Shown here: positions 25,177 to 37,381 of the stretch, piece by piece | Layout: every line of letters begins with the position of its first letter | Numbering within the stretch: position 1 is the first letter of the stretch | Assembly: GCA_002633005.1 (NCBI GenBank) | Contig: NMRA01000013.1 | Span: forward strand, 1,957,751 to 2,021,750 | Direction of reading: 5' to 3' | Source of the DNA: Phoronis australis | Taxonomy: Eukaryota > Animalia > Phoronida | DNA length: 64,000 nt | The notes under the pieces: model-generated | Databases searched by the model: none | Seen by the model: only the letters and a program-made list of their open reading frames with translations | What the model was told of the DNA's origin: nothing | Translations under genes and position numbers: made by a program

Positions 25177-25231
25177 GGTCAAAGGTCATCTGCTTAAGCG
25201 CGGTTACCGCGCGAGCGGATGACCTTTGACC
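25177..25231. repeat. Parvoviral right-terminal hairpin (telomere remnant)
   Basis: GGTCAAAGGTCATC (25177-25190) is the perfect reverse complement of GATGACCTTTGACC (25218-25231). Inner stems GCT/AGC and GCGCGG-TTA-CCGCGC with an asymmetric TAA/G bubble. Confidence 0.85.
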
Positions 25232-25807
25232 AAAGTAAAAGTTGGCTTGAATGTAGCAGTTCAAAATGCCCACTGCAAATACCCAGAAAGTAAAGGTTCA
25301 CATAGCACATGTAAGCATGCAAATGCATTGTTGAATAATTTGATCTGCATCCGCAGTCACTGAATATTCATTTCATAGAACTGTCAAGCTACCTTACTGG
25401 TTAACACAATGTTTGAGGTTAACCCTGTAGCCAAAACACTGGATTTATTACATAAACAGCCTAATTGTCAACAAAACATAACCATAACATATTTTTGCGA
25501 ATCACATGTCTTGGTGCAGCATTACTAAGCCAAAGCAGACCTTCATGAATCATTTAATCCTAGAAAGCTAGAAAACACAAAGTTTGAGGTGTATAGACAA
25601 TACGAGGGATTGTCAGAAGCTATCCAACAGAATATAGTTGTGCTTTTAATTAAGTTTGTGTTAACGAAGGACTGCTACGTAACTATACTGATTAAAAAGT
25701 CTGCTTAATTTTGATTAGAAATTCATCAAAGGCTAATTTTGTGCTCTCATTACTTCCATGACAAAGAAAGGTGTGGTAACATAACGAATCCTAATGGGAA
25801 ATGAAAG

Positions 25808-26086
25808 GTGGAAAGGCAAGCACCCTCCATGAGGGTAAAGGCAACAACACCAGGTGGACATCGCTGTAAGATGTTCTGCCCTCCACCTAGCTTTGTCTAT
25901 ACGCATCTTGGGAGCAGGACAAAAAAGCAACGACACAGCGGCTTCAAGATGACAACATGTGATTACGTGGAGAAGTTGCTGTTGAAAGCAGACCAAGATA
26001 GTGTGCAATTCAAGGGAGTTGTCAGCGACAGTTATTGGTCAAAGTATTCTGTTGTTGGCAAAATTGATGTGTTGCAGGGCAAATGG
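25808..26086 (+). pseudogene. Transposon SWIM zinc-finger ORF remnant, 5' half (continues at 38911-39020)
   Basis: ..VQFKGVVSDSYWSKYSVVGKIDVLQGKW joins in frame to CKHVGALLF after the second (TG)n. LLEYKESG..IPEDIVWTSQERAWG follows after a frameshift. Confidence 0.6.
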
Positions 26087-26654
26087 TGTGTGTGTGTGTG
26101 TGTGTGTTTGTATTTGCGTCAAAGTCAGGACCTAAACTTGTTCGCACACCAACGACGTGAGGACTTTTTTCAAAGTCAGGACTTGCACTCGAGTCCTCAC
26201 ATCGACATGGCTATTTTCCTATAATTTACGATGCCACTTTTCAAAATTTGTATTTTTGAGAACGTCCCCAGATAGTCGGAAAAAATCTAACCTTGAAACA
26301 CACGTAGCACTGTTTCATCTGCCTTTGTGTTCATGCACACTATTGACTGAAAATTGTGCTTAAAGTTAACCAATAGCAAGACGCCATACAATGGTCATAC
26401 AATGCAGCCAATCAGAGAAGCCGATAGAGATCCCAATGTAAGGTGTCGCTTCAGTCGTTAGCAAATGGTTGCCAGCATGGCATCTCGAGGAAAGATGTTG
26501 GTAAGTTTTGTACTTCTTGGAAAGGATGACTTTTAAGGAATCTCCCGTGAACTATGCAAGTAACTTCAGTTCTAGCAAATCTTCTTATGCATGTCATACT
26601 TAGACATAATCTCGGACTATGAAAGGTCCATTGGTTGGTAATCTCGCTGCTCTC

Positions 26655-27543
26655 CACACCTGCCAACCCATTTTTGTTGAAAAGAGGTAGGTTTGCTAAT
26701 TACTGCGCGTGTGCCGAAGGCACACGCGTATCTAGGGGGGTCCGGGGGCATGCCCCCCGGAAAATTTTAGAAAAAATGAAGCAAAATGGTGCAATCTACT
26801 TCATTTTAAGACCACAATTAAGTGAAGAATTTAATCATATTTTGGAGAGAAAAAAACAAAACTTCACAATGAAACACATCACAACTCTTTTATTTTTGGC
26901 TGTTTCGTTGAGCAGAAAGCCGAAGTGATTTTCGACGTACCCGCGACCGCGCGACTGTTCCCAACGTGCTTGTCCGTTTTTGCATTGCGTGTCGTGCAAC
27001 GTCAAAACTGCCGCCGTGATAGAAAAGTCACAGCGGCAATTGTTGCAATAGGCATGTTCCTCGCCTTTGCGGGATGGCTTGACAAAACTGAACTGGCTTT
27101 CCAAACTTTTTTATACTTGTTCGTCCACCGTTTCTTTTTTCTCTGGTGTTTCCATCATAGACCCTTTGGCACTTGTACCAGACGAGAAAGAAGCGACCAG
27201 ACGAAAAAGTACTTGTTGTTCATTAATTGGTCGAAACTTTGAAGGTAACATGCTGACAACCAATCGCCGACGAGATAAGAAATCAAGACTGTACATCATC
27301 CGGGCCTCCCATATAGTTTTGATATCGTCCGTTTGGCTTCGCTAAAGTTTGTTTTAGAAGTTTTTGCAGGAGCGCAGCGGTGTTACAGTGACAAAAGCGA
27401 GAATAAAGCGGACAAGATAACTTTTTATTTTTCACCAACAGCAATTTTCAAATGCGGTAGGTTTAACTACTAAAAGCGGTAGGCGTTGAAAGTGACCCAA
27501 AAGCGGTAGGCTACCGCGAAAAGCGGTAGGGTTGGCAGGTATG
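26655..27543 (-). mobile_element. Non-autonomous hAT (hAT5-like) element with BED-finger remnant
   Basis: 15-bp TIRs CACACCTGCCAACCC / GGGTTGGCAGGTATG (1 mismatch), 5-bp TSD CTCTC on both sides, subterminal GCGGTAGG repeats, minus-strand FVKPSRKGEEHAYCNNCRCDFSI. Confidence 0.8.
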
Positions 27544-28142
27544 CTCTCGTTCGACGATCGATATTAAAAAAATGGGAAATCAGTAATCACTTGATGCGAT
27601 GGGGGACCTGAGCTACATGTCCGGTGAATAACGACACTTGTCAATACCCCAGCTCTGACGAGTGGCGTAGTTCTACTTCTAATCTGAAATGTGCCACCTC
27701 ATCTTTTGTGGAAAAAGTCGGAACCCAGGCACTTTTTAAACAGTGTTAAATGGTGACATATTCCTATAGTCATAATGTCGAACCAGCAACCACTATTATG
27801 GATTGGCGATTGGATTCCATTTGGGGGTCAGGTTGTCCCAAGCAATGATATCCATATGTCCTTGGCAGACTTGTGTGTGCAGGGGTCCAGTCTTTATATC
27901 AGTTAGCGAGCCCATACTTGCCACTAATAGTCCCACTTCTGGCAGGACAGTCCCATTTTTACAGTTAATATAAGTCAGTATTTGTTAGCTGTGTCCCACC
28001 ATGAGTACAGTTCTCCACAAGGATTACAAAACAAACATGTCTCGCTTTCTGTTTAAAATTTTGTGAAAATGTCCCGCTTATGGTAATTGAATGTCGTAGG
28101 AAAGTTCCTATGTTTTCACATCTGTAATTTAATTTGTTTCAG

Positions 28143-31100
28143 GTCAAAACCAGCCTAGGTAGCAGACCAAAGGTAAGTACACCATGCTACAACTTTTAAT
28201 GGCTATTTGTATTCGGTTCGACTGATTTCAGATTGAGATTTCTCAATATTTTATTCACCAATCATATCTAGACTTCTTTAAAGGCCAAATTTATAATTCT
28301 ACTTTTCACTACTCAGAGATACACAACACTTTATACACTGTTATCTCTTGAATCAGTTGCAGTCCCCGCCGCCCTTGACACAGGGAAAATTCTCCAGTTG
28401 TCATTTTGGAGTGGCAAGAAAACTCCACTCAAATGTTCAAATTTCAGCTGAAGGTGCCATTCAAATTAGCATTCACAAAGACGGAAGCAGTTGGCTCCAC
28501 TAGTGTGTACAAAAAAGTTGACGACCAAAAAAACGCTGTTCGTTCTTGATATTAAAGTAAATTATAAATCGGTTGCGAAGGTCAATTAATTAAATAATTA
28601 TAAATCTGGTCATGCAACCATATTAAGTTTATATAATTTTATAGGAAATAAAGTTCACGTGATGTGACTTAATATGGTTGCATGACCAGATTTTATAATT
28701 ATTTAATTAGTTGTTCGTTCATGTTATTCCATCTGGTGTACTGGTTCCAGTGGTGTGATCGCTAATTTGAGCGACAACCATGCAAGCGTTTTCGCAGCCA
28801 ATTACGCTGTTCGTACTCATTATTCCGCCAGGCGTACTGCTTCCGTTGGTGTGCACGCTAATTTGAACAGCATTCTTTTTAGTCGACTGAGCTTCGAAAC
28901 CCAAGTCGAGTCAGTCAAGTGAGTACAATTTTGGAGTCGAATTCCCAAAATTTGAGACAAATTCTCGAACAAATGGTCGCTTTTTTCGATGGCTGCCCCG
29001 TATTCTGTCTTCACAAATGCGATAAGGGAAGGGACAGATTTGGATAAATCTGATTTTATAAACTGTTGATTAGATTTAAAGTTAGTCTGAAAGAGAACTT
29101 GGAAAATGTTGCCTGTATGTTTCAATTCCCCACTCAATACTTCTGCCTATTATCCTATAGTCTGTATTTGTCCTAGGACTTAGTAGCTTGCTTAAATTTT
29201 TGTTTTCATCTTTTAGAGAATGTCCCCGAAGAATACTGCAATATATTACTGTAAAGCAGGACTAGATCAGGAAGGTTTAGAGCAAAGATATATATCCAAG
29301 AGAAAGGGTAAGCTTTAAACTTGTAATATCATGCACATAGTTGTGATTTAAACGTCAACAAACGTTGGCATTGATTATCCAGTAAACGTACGGCTACATT
29401 ACAGCAAGTAATAAACTGGAATTAAACTGTAATTAACAATTTCTTGAAAACGCGCGGGAAATCTGTCACACGTGACCCGCTACGTAAGCCCAGGTTTCAA
29501 CTGGCTGATGTGACTATCGCATTGTGTGTTGCTCAAATGTAGTCAGTTCGTGATCAGCTTCTATGCCGTGTTCGATCGGGTCTCTGGACTCCTAGTCTTC
29601 CTTCTTGTAGTCTGAATCTTCCGATAACGGTGTGGCTTCATCAATATAGCGATCACATGTTGAGAAATATCTTAGTCGCACTACTTCTGAGTCTAACGCA
29701 ATGTGTTTTAGCCCTGAGCTTGCGTCAAATCTAGGTCACACGGTCAGGTCAATTGGTTGTTTTGTACCTCATTTCCTAAAGATCCGATCATCAGGGGGAA
29801 TAAGTCTAGTTTATTCTCAGCGAGCCGACGTCGTTACCATGAAAGGGGTTATTTTAAAAATATAAAACTACTAATTTTTGGGTTTTTGATGACGGAAATT
29901 CACTTAGTGATGCATTAGTAAGTATATACATTAATTAGACTGCCAGACAGTAAAATGTGTGCAAGTAGGCCTTTCATTAAAATGCTCTAAAGTATTGTAA
30001 CGAACAACTGTTCTTCTGCATTTGAATTAATCTATCAGAATCCCTCCAGGGAGGAGGCAGTCTCATTCTAATTCTCAGGCATTTTTCAGCCTTGTTCCCA
30101 TTATTATGAATTAAAAGTTTTCTTACAAAATGAAACTGACTGACAAGGGTCTAGTTTAGTTGCCAAATTTGTAAAAGTGGAACATATCATATGAACTTTG
30201 CATTGTAAAAACATTGACTATGCATGCTGTCAGTGTGTTCAATGCTTTTGTATAGGGGATGTGGGGGTACTCTCCCTGAAAGTTTTGAAAACGAGGTTTT
30301 GGGGAGCATTTTGTTCCTACAGAATATGCACTAAAGACTTTGGACCCTCTGTCTCTCTTTAAAGTATTTGAAAATGATTAGATAAGTTAATGAGTAGAAA
30401 ACTGCTCAATATTTTGTAATTGGTTTGAAGGAGTTTTTAAAGCAGATTAGATACAGTGGTTTTTTAAGATTAGAAGGAAGGGGGATCACTTTGAGACCGT
30501 AGGGGAAATTTTCAGGTAACCAGGGAATTTGGTCCGATTTTGAAATTTTTTTGATGGGCACCTGCTGCCTCTATGTGGCACATGATTTCCAATTCAACAC
30601 TGTACTAGTAAGGGCCCTGAATTGAGTAAGAAACAATTTACAGTCATATTCCGTGAGGCATTACTTGTTGTCTGTTAATACAACTCTCCCTTTAGGAGTA
30701 ATTTATTAAAAAATCAATCTCGTTAAAATATTCACAACATTTGATGCCCTGACTGCTTTTTGGGTTTCAAGATAGCCATCTTTGATTTTGATAAGAAACT
30801 GAAGAACCTATAAACTGACATGTTTCACATTTTCAGGGTCATCTGTTTGTATTTCATTGCTCATTGTCATTCTCATTCATTATCATTGTATTTATTTATT
30901 TATTGTATTATTTTAATGAGGACCATCGGGTAGATAAGCCTGCGTGCTTACTGATGTATTATGTATTTATGTATGTATTTATTATGTATCCTCAATAAAT
31001 ATTGTTCACACTGACCATATTGAATTATTATATTTTAGGAATTGGTGTTTTTGCCACACAGAATTTTGAAATGGGCGATTTCCTCTTGGAATATGTAGGC

Positions 31101-33286
31101 GTGTTGCAACTGGAAGAAGAAAAAATGGATTTCTCATTTACAAAATCTCCTTATCCAAGATGTTATACATATTACTTTCGCTACAACGAGAAGAGTATGT
31201 GGTGAGTTGCCATCATTCTATATTCATACATTGGGCCTGTTCAAGTTCGTAGTTAGTGTTAGTGTTAGTGTTAAGCTGGTGTTGTGTCTTGGTTGTTAAA
31301 AAGTAAACAAATTCAACTGTCCCCCATTGTTCCATTACAAAAGCTATCATTGTGGTTATCTTTGGTTTCACACAACTCTCAACGTTTCGAGTAATTAAGT
31401 TAAAACTGTTCAACTCCATGCTAACACTAAGACTAACACCGAACTTGAATTGACTCAATGCAGGCCTACCAGACTTTCCCGCTCTCGATCACGCTCGGCC
31501 TTCTCAAAATCAATAGTTACAGCATTGCATGGTCCTGTACTGTAAACTGTTACTAGTATGGGGACAGTTATAGCACACAGACGTTAGAGACATTTAACCT
31601 TATTAGAACTTACCTGGGTGTATTTTGAAGTATAGCACAATTGTCTTGATGTGATGTGTTGTTCTCTTTTGCCCTATACATGTGCCATCTGATTTTATGA
31701 GAACTTCTTTGTGTATTCATTGCAAAACTTTGTGAGTGCATCATTGTGAGGACTTTTTTTGAACACACTTATTTGGTCACCGGTTTGATATGTGAGGACT
31801 TTAAGGTAATTGACTACCAAGTCGTTGATGAGGCTTCACCATACCAGCATGCGTGAAAGCCCTGCCATAATGGACCTTGTCATGATGCTGCTGTGCATTT
31901 CTGTTTAGTTTATATTGTTTGATTTTTTACAGCCTTGATGCCAGTAGAACTGTAGGACGGCTTGGGCGTTTAGTAAATGATGCAAGAGAAGGAACAGAAG
32001 AGTGTAACTGTAAAATGAAAATTTTGGTAGTTGGCTCACCACGTCTAGTTTTATTTGCCACCACGGATATTAAAGCTGGAGAAGAACTGCAATATGATTA
32101 CGGTGAAGATGATGTTTGGTGGAGACAGAGGGTAAATTTTGATTTAGTAAACTAAAGAATATTACAAATTGAGCTAATATCTCATTTAATGTTGTGTGAT
32201 CTTTTGGGTTTAGAAAGTAACAATTGCACCTTATGAGCATATGGGCAACAGTTTCAGACAACTGATAGTCGAAAGCAAAATTTGTGTGCAGAGTTGCACC
32301 AGTGAGAAAGCAAGAAAGACCTAACTTTTTGGTTGCACTAACTTTGTCTGACTCTTAATACTGTTTTTCTACTTTACAGCGAAACAAAGTCTATAGATTT
32401 TACTAGCGGTTAATTCATAACAACTAACTGTAGTTGATTTTTAAGTCCCTTGTTTTATGCGTTTGTTGGTTACTTTTATAAACTGCAGATTCGGATTTTA
32501 TTTCTCAATGCTTGCTGTTTTTCACCAGGGTGTGGTGGTGGTATGACTGTTAAATACAAGAATTTCAGCAAACGCGTCTGACAACTTAAAATGTATAATG
32601 TAACTTTTCATCATTGAGTCATCTTGTGTTACTTTACTTTTGAATGTATAAAATTTTGTCAATAATGCCATTGCCCACATGTCATCAAAAATGAAAATCT
32701 AATGTCAAAGGTGAATTTATGAGTTATAATTTGTTTGCTGAAATCATCAACTGTTCTTTCAGATGGAGCCAAATCAAAGTGACATTGAAGATAATGACCC
32801 TTTTGATATATACAATAAATCTGAAGACAATATTGTTACAAATAGTGGTGATGACGGAGAAAACGCTGTCTGTGATGTTGGGGGTGATGGGGGTGATGAT
32901 GCTGATGATGGTCAGGCTGATGGTGATGGTGGAGGTTATGTTGAGGGTTTTGTTGGTGATATATGTGTTGGCAATGGAAAGGAATGTCATGATGATATTA
33001 TCAGTAAGGCAGATGATGGGGATAGTGTTAGTGATGATGGTGACTCTAACAGCAGTGACACACCTAAGGTTCTTAAAAATAATCATGGCTTTGACTATGA
33101 TGACTGTGACAGTCCAGTTGATACTAAGAATGTGGAAAGTTCTGAAGGCTTTAGCAGCAGGAGCAGTGATGTCGATTGTGATGATGAAGACATGGATGAA
33201 GATTTTGTGCCTTCTGATGGTGGAGGTTCTGCATCTTCTGATATTGGTTCTGTTTGTGGTGATGCCAATTCTGACCTTGTATGCTG
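28143..33286 (+). CDS. Spliced SET-domain (PR-Set7/KMT5A-like) protein with acidic tail, transposon cargo; truncated at an assembly N
   Basis: Phase-compatible exons 28143-28172, 29217-29307, 31039-31201, 31933-32131 and 32763-~33286. Motifs GIGVFAT..F..GDFLLEYVG, CLDAS...RLGRLVND, NCKMK, RLVLFATTDIKAGEELQYDYG; Asp/Gly-rich exon follows. Confidence 0.8.
28583..28713. repeat. Near-perfect hairpin/MITE
   Basis: AATTAAATAATTATAAATCTGGTCATGCAACCATATTAAGT pairs with ACTTAATATGGTTGCATGACCAGATTTTATAATTATTTAATT. Confidence 0.75.
31229..31460. mobile_element. MITE in a SET-gene intron
   Basis: CATTGGGCCTGTTCAAGTTCG plus TTAGTG repeats versus CTAACA repeats plus CGAACTTGAATTGACTCAATG. Confidence 0.55.
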
Positions 33287-33351
33287 NGAACTCGTATTCC
33301 ACTTTTTGAACTCGTATTTACGAGTACATACTCGTCTATTTCGAGCCCTGG

Positions 33352-33680
33352 AGGACATGGCTATATGTGCTGTATAACATTGTGAGGACTTAGTTTTAAC
33401 ACACTGCGTGTGTTAGCTACAATATGAGGACATCATGGCTATATGTGCTGTATAACATTGTGAGGACTTAGTTTTAACACACTGCATGTGTTGGCTACAG
33501 TATGAGGACATCATGGCTATATGTGCTGTATAACATTGTGAGGACCTAGTTTTAACACACTGTGTGTGTTAGCTGAAATATGAGGGCATCATGGCTATAT
33601 GTGCTGTATAACATTGTGAGGACTTAGTTTTAACACACTGCATGTGTTATCAGCAATATGAGTAACATTATGAGGACTTC
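33352..33680. repeat. Minisatellite, ~78 bp unit x4
   Basis: ATGGCTATATGTGCTGTATAACATTGTGAGGACTTAGTTTTAACACACTG repeated four times; each unit carries the GTGAGGAC motif of the host element ends. Confidence 0.9.
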
Positions 33681-34290
33681 GTTTCAGGGTACCCAGCGTT
33701 CTTTTCTCTTTAATGCAATTAACGAGTCTAGTTCTTTTCTCATCAACCGTAATACCATTCTTGCTAGCTCAGTTTTTTTCTCATCAACCGTAATTCTGTT
33801 CTTACTAACTCGGTTCTTTTCTAGATACCTCTGGCCTGTTGCATGAAAAAGTCCCAATAGGAACGTCCCTAACTTCCTAAACCTTCTGCACATTTTTAAG
33901 CTTTGTTTACTCAGTGTTATGTTTTAATATTGCTTTATCCTTATTATGAGCTCCTCTTTGGTTATGAAATTTTCTAAGAATATACCTGAAAACTGAGCCC
34001 AAATTTCGATAAAAGTAAATAGGGACTGAGTCCGTAAATTAGGGGCGTTGTATGAAAAGGTCCCTATTTATTTTCAATAATATTAAGAATTCAATGTACA
34101 GTTTACTTTCGGTATAGTTTTGTCCTGTTTTTAACAAACAGCGCCTCAAATTCCTAGATGGACCTATTACTTATCTAGCTCAGCTATTACAAGCTAACAG
34201 ATGGAAAGATCTATCCAACTTCCTGGAAGCTACAGGCAGGATAGAGGACTTCACTCGTAAAAATACTAATGCAAATTAGACTTCATGGGG

Positions 34291-34620
34291 TTATGTTCTT
34301 GGGTTGCAACTATATTGGAATCTTTGCTGGTGGCCTTCTGCATCCTGTATGGTTCTATGGAGGCTGTGTGGCTCTACTGTGACTTGGCTTGGGTTCTTCA
34401 CTCTGCAAATGGGCACATCTAGTTGCTGGGCTGCAAGTTGTGTTGGCTTGGCGGGTCTTGGTCGGGCTGGATTATTCTGCATGAACAATTAATTGGTCTG
34501 TGTAAGAATGATCCTTGGTTTGACTGTCCTGCTGCTATACATGACTGTGGCCTAGTGACAATGGCTTATTCTGTGGACTTGATCCTGCAGGTCTTGTCCC
34601 TGGTGGTGTTGCGCAGTTTC
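34291..34620 (-). mobile_element. Highly degenerate CR1/L2-like LINE 3' fragment
   Basis: Minus-strand peptides IVTRPQ.., MQNNPAR and FQYSCNPRT resemble the LVRPQLEY, VQRRAAR and YSFFPRT motifs near RT ends. Confidence 0.25.
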
Positions 34621-35197
34621 ATGGGATCCTTACAGGTATAGTAGAATGCTGCTGGCTTAGAAACTAACCATTGTTGTAAGTAAAAGAACTCAATCAGATG
34701 CTGTGTAATGGGCCCGGCCTTGTGGCTTCTGCACGCTTGATACACCACTGAAGGTATCGAGCCATCTGCCATTTTTTTACTTTCGGTATTTATCAAAGCG
34801 AAAACATGACATAGCAATGAAGATAAAATAGCAGAAGGACGGATAATCAGTGTTTGCGCTAAGTCAACAAATGCACTTAGAATTTAGGGACTGTTTCATG
34901 CAACTGGCCACTGAACTCTTTGTCAACAAATAAAGTTCTGTGACCCTCATCATCCCAGGACAGTTGATGAAGTTTTTTGTTTACCGTGTAAACTGGAGAT
35001 TTTCAAAACGCAAGTGACCTAAAAAGTCTACCCTGGTTACAACGAACTATCGTAACGAACAAATTTTGAAGGTCCCTTAATGTACACTGTAACCAGGTTC
35101 GACAGTAGCTGAATTACATATGATCGCATTGAAAGTGTGGTTTGTGTGCAAAGATTTGTCTGGTACCTGAAGCTCACAAGTATTTCTTATCTTTTAG

Positions 35198-35454
35198 GTT
35201 CAACTGAGAAACAAATGCCACAAGGTGGGAAAAGCAAAGGAAAAACTCAAACTCAAGTAAGACGGCCATGGACCCAGACTGAACGGGATGCTGTTCAGAA
35301 ATACTTGGGCGGCTATTTCACACAAATCAAGTTGCCTGGAAAGCTTGCGATCGAAGCTGCCAAACTGAAAGCTGGAACAGTCTTGATGCGGAGAACATGG
35401 CAACAAATAAAATTTTTCATAAAAAACCATAAAAAAGTCTTAATGACGACATAA
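35198..35454 (+). CDS. Terminal exon with SANT/Myb-like motif of the same element
   Basis: Acceptor CTTTTAG at 35197; RRPWTQTERDAVQKYL....KLPGK.....L.RRTWQQIKFFIKN. Confidence 0.6.
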
Positions 35455-36291
35455 GTGTGGGTGCATATTATTACAAAAATCAGAATGCTCATCAGATTTT
35501 GATGACATTTTTGTTAAAATGTTTATTGTGGGAGACGCTGGCACCAGTGAATTTTTGTGACAGTTGTTTTGCCGTGGCTACGCTAATGGCGCGCATGTTT
35601 ACTGTAGTACTTACTTACTATATTTGATAACACCATATCCATGTCAAAGCATGTGATTAAAGCTTGTCAGAAAATCTACTTCTGCGATACAAACGATTCA
35701 GAGTCACCTCAGTGTGGCCACATTGTTATTTTATCATCTGTAAAAGACTTTATTTTGCATCTTTTTAGTTCCATTTATTTTTATTTAATTATTATATGCC
35801 CTTATAAAATGTGTCAGAACTATTATTGTGAGTGCCCACAAAGTTCTGATCTCAAGTTGGAGATTGGTTGTGACACCTGTGGAGTTCTCTAAGATTCAGT
35901 GTGTGCATTATGTTATAGTTAGTAGTGCAACGGTATAACGTGGGACGGTATACCGTGGTACAAGAGCCAATGTGCGGTTCACGGTACGCTAGTTACATAT
36001 ATTACGGTTCACAGGCTTGATTTTCCTATCCCAATTTTTAAAATTCCATTCTTTAAAAGAAGTCTTTTTTTTCATTTTCAACAAACATTTCAAAAGCAAG
36101 TTATTTTGTTCTGTTCAATTTTATCGAGTACATGTACATTTTATGGTTAAGCATGCATTTTAGATTTTAATTTAGATTTGTCAGTTATTCATTTTGTTTT
36201 GGATTAGAATTTTGTAGTGTAACTAAGGATTAAATAAGAAATGAGTGTGTCAAGTTGCTTGAAATAGAAAATCTCCCCCGAGCTGTCGACG

Positions 36292-36381
36292 GTTATGAAT
36301 TTTTCTTGGCCAAGAAATGCAGAGCGGTAGAAACCGAGCTTTTCACCGCTCTGCATTTCGAGGTCAAGAAAAATTCATAAC
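36292..36381. repeat. ~90 bp palindrome inside a dispersed repeat
   Basis: GTTATGAATTTTTCTTGGCC.AGAAATGCAGAGCGGT pairs with ACCGCTCTGCATTTCG.GGTCAAGAAAAATTCATAAC. Confidence 0.75.
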
Positions 36382-37381
36382 TTGATACAGCGATTATTTT
36401 TTTGCATTGACAAAGGTTAATTAAACCGAAATATTTGCTCTAATTTTCTGTCTTTTCTTTTTCTATTTGATTTCGACACTCTAGCAATCTCTGGGAGTAG
36501 TTAATTCAGTTTCATAGGTTATGAAAAATTATCCCTCGGTGATTAATCCCCGAGAAAGCATCAGTTATGGGAGAAATTACATTTCCTCAAATGGTAACTG
36601 AAAGATGCTGTACCACATTAATTAGGCGTTTGTTTACAAATTTAGAGGTTACTAATGTTGTCTTGTTGATGGAACTTCATTTATAATACAGAATAAGTTA
36701 TTTAAGCACTTGCGCTTTTTATTGGTCTTGCCTTTTCACAAGTCACCTCAGTCCCAGAAGCAATAAGTTGCCAGAATTATTTACACACTGTATCTGACTT
36801 CTTAAAATAAGTGAAACACAATTTTGTTCACAGCAATGTTTTTACTCATACTTTTGTCTGTGTGGAAAAACATACTGTTTTAAAAATGAAAGTAAAAAAC
36901 TCGTACACTTGTACACAAGATTTCATTTTTTTTAGAAAGAACTGTTTCAGTGTGACAAGAAAATATCTTCCATCTCCTTGTTATTCATCTCTGATTGAAA
37001 ATTACCATAACATATCCAGTGGTGAAAATTACTGTAACGACGTACTTCTCCAGTGGTGGTGACCCATAACTATACCTATACTATAGTGTCATTTCACTTA
37101 TCAATAAGCATTGCATTTGTAACCAAAGACAACTGAAATACTGGTGGCACAAATCTTAACTGGTATGAAGCAAATTTTCTTTGACATTTAAATTACGGCA
37201 ACAATACAACCTTTGTAAACCTTTGACGGGTGTCTACATTTTGTTGAAACCATTTTCGCTTCAAAATTGCCTTGTTCATGAAAATGTCCTGGAAATAGTA
37301 CAAAAATCTCTGCAGCATCATTTTAAAATTGAATTTACCTAAAAAATATTGAATTTAGGATTCATATTCCTTAAACACTGA

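Larger units (their letters stand above)
19290..25231 (+). mobile_element. Near full-length endogenous parvoviral element (chaphamaparvovirus-like, Hamaparvovirinae) with a 5' PLA2 ORF
   Basis: Compact, A-rich monosense block of overlapping ORFs: PLA2, p15-like ORF, NS1 (HUH endonuclease plus SF3 helicase), NP-like ORF, capsid, orphan ORF. A polyA signal and terminal hairpin follow. The left boundary is approximate. Confidence 0.95.

Noticed and set aside
32719-33309. Hydrophobic 196-aa and 192-aa ORFs
   Set aside because: Alternative frames of the GAT-rich acidic exon.
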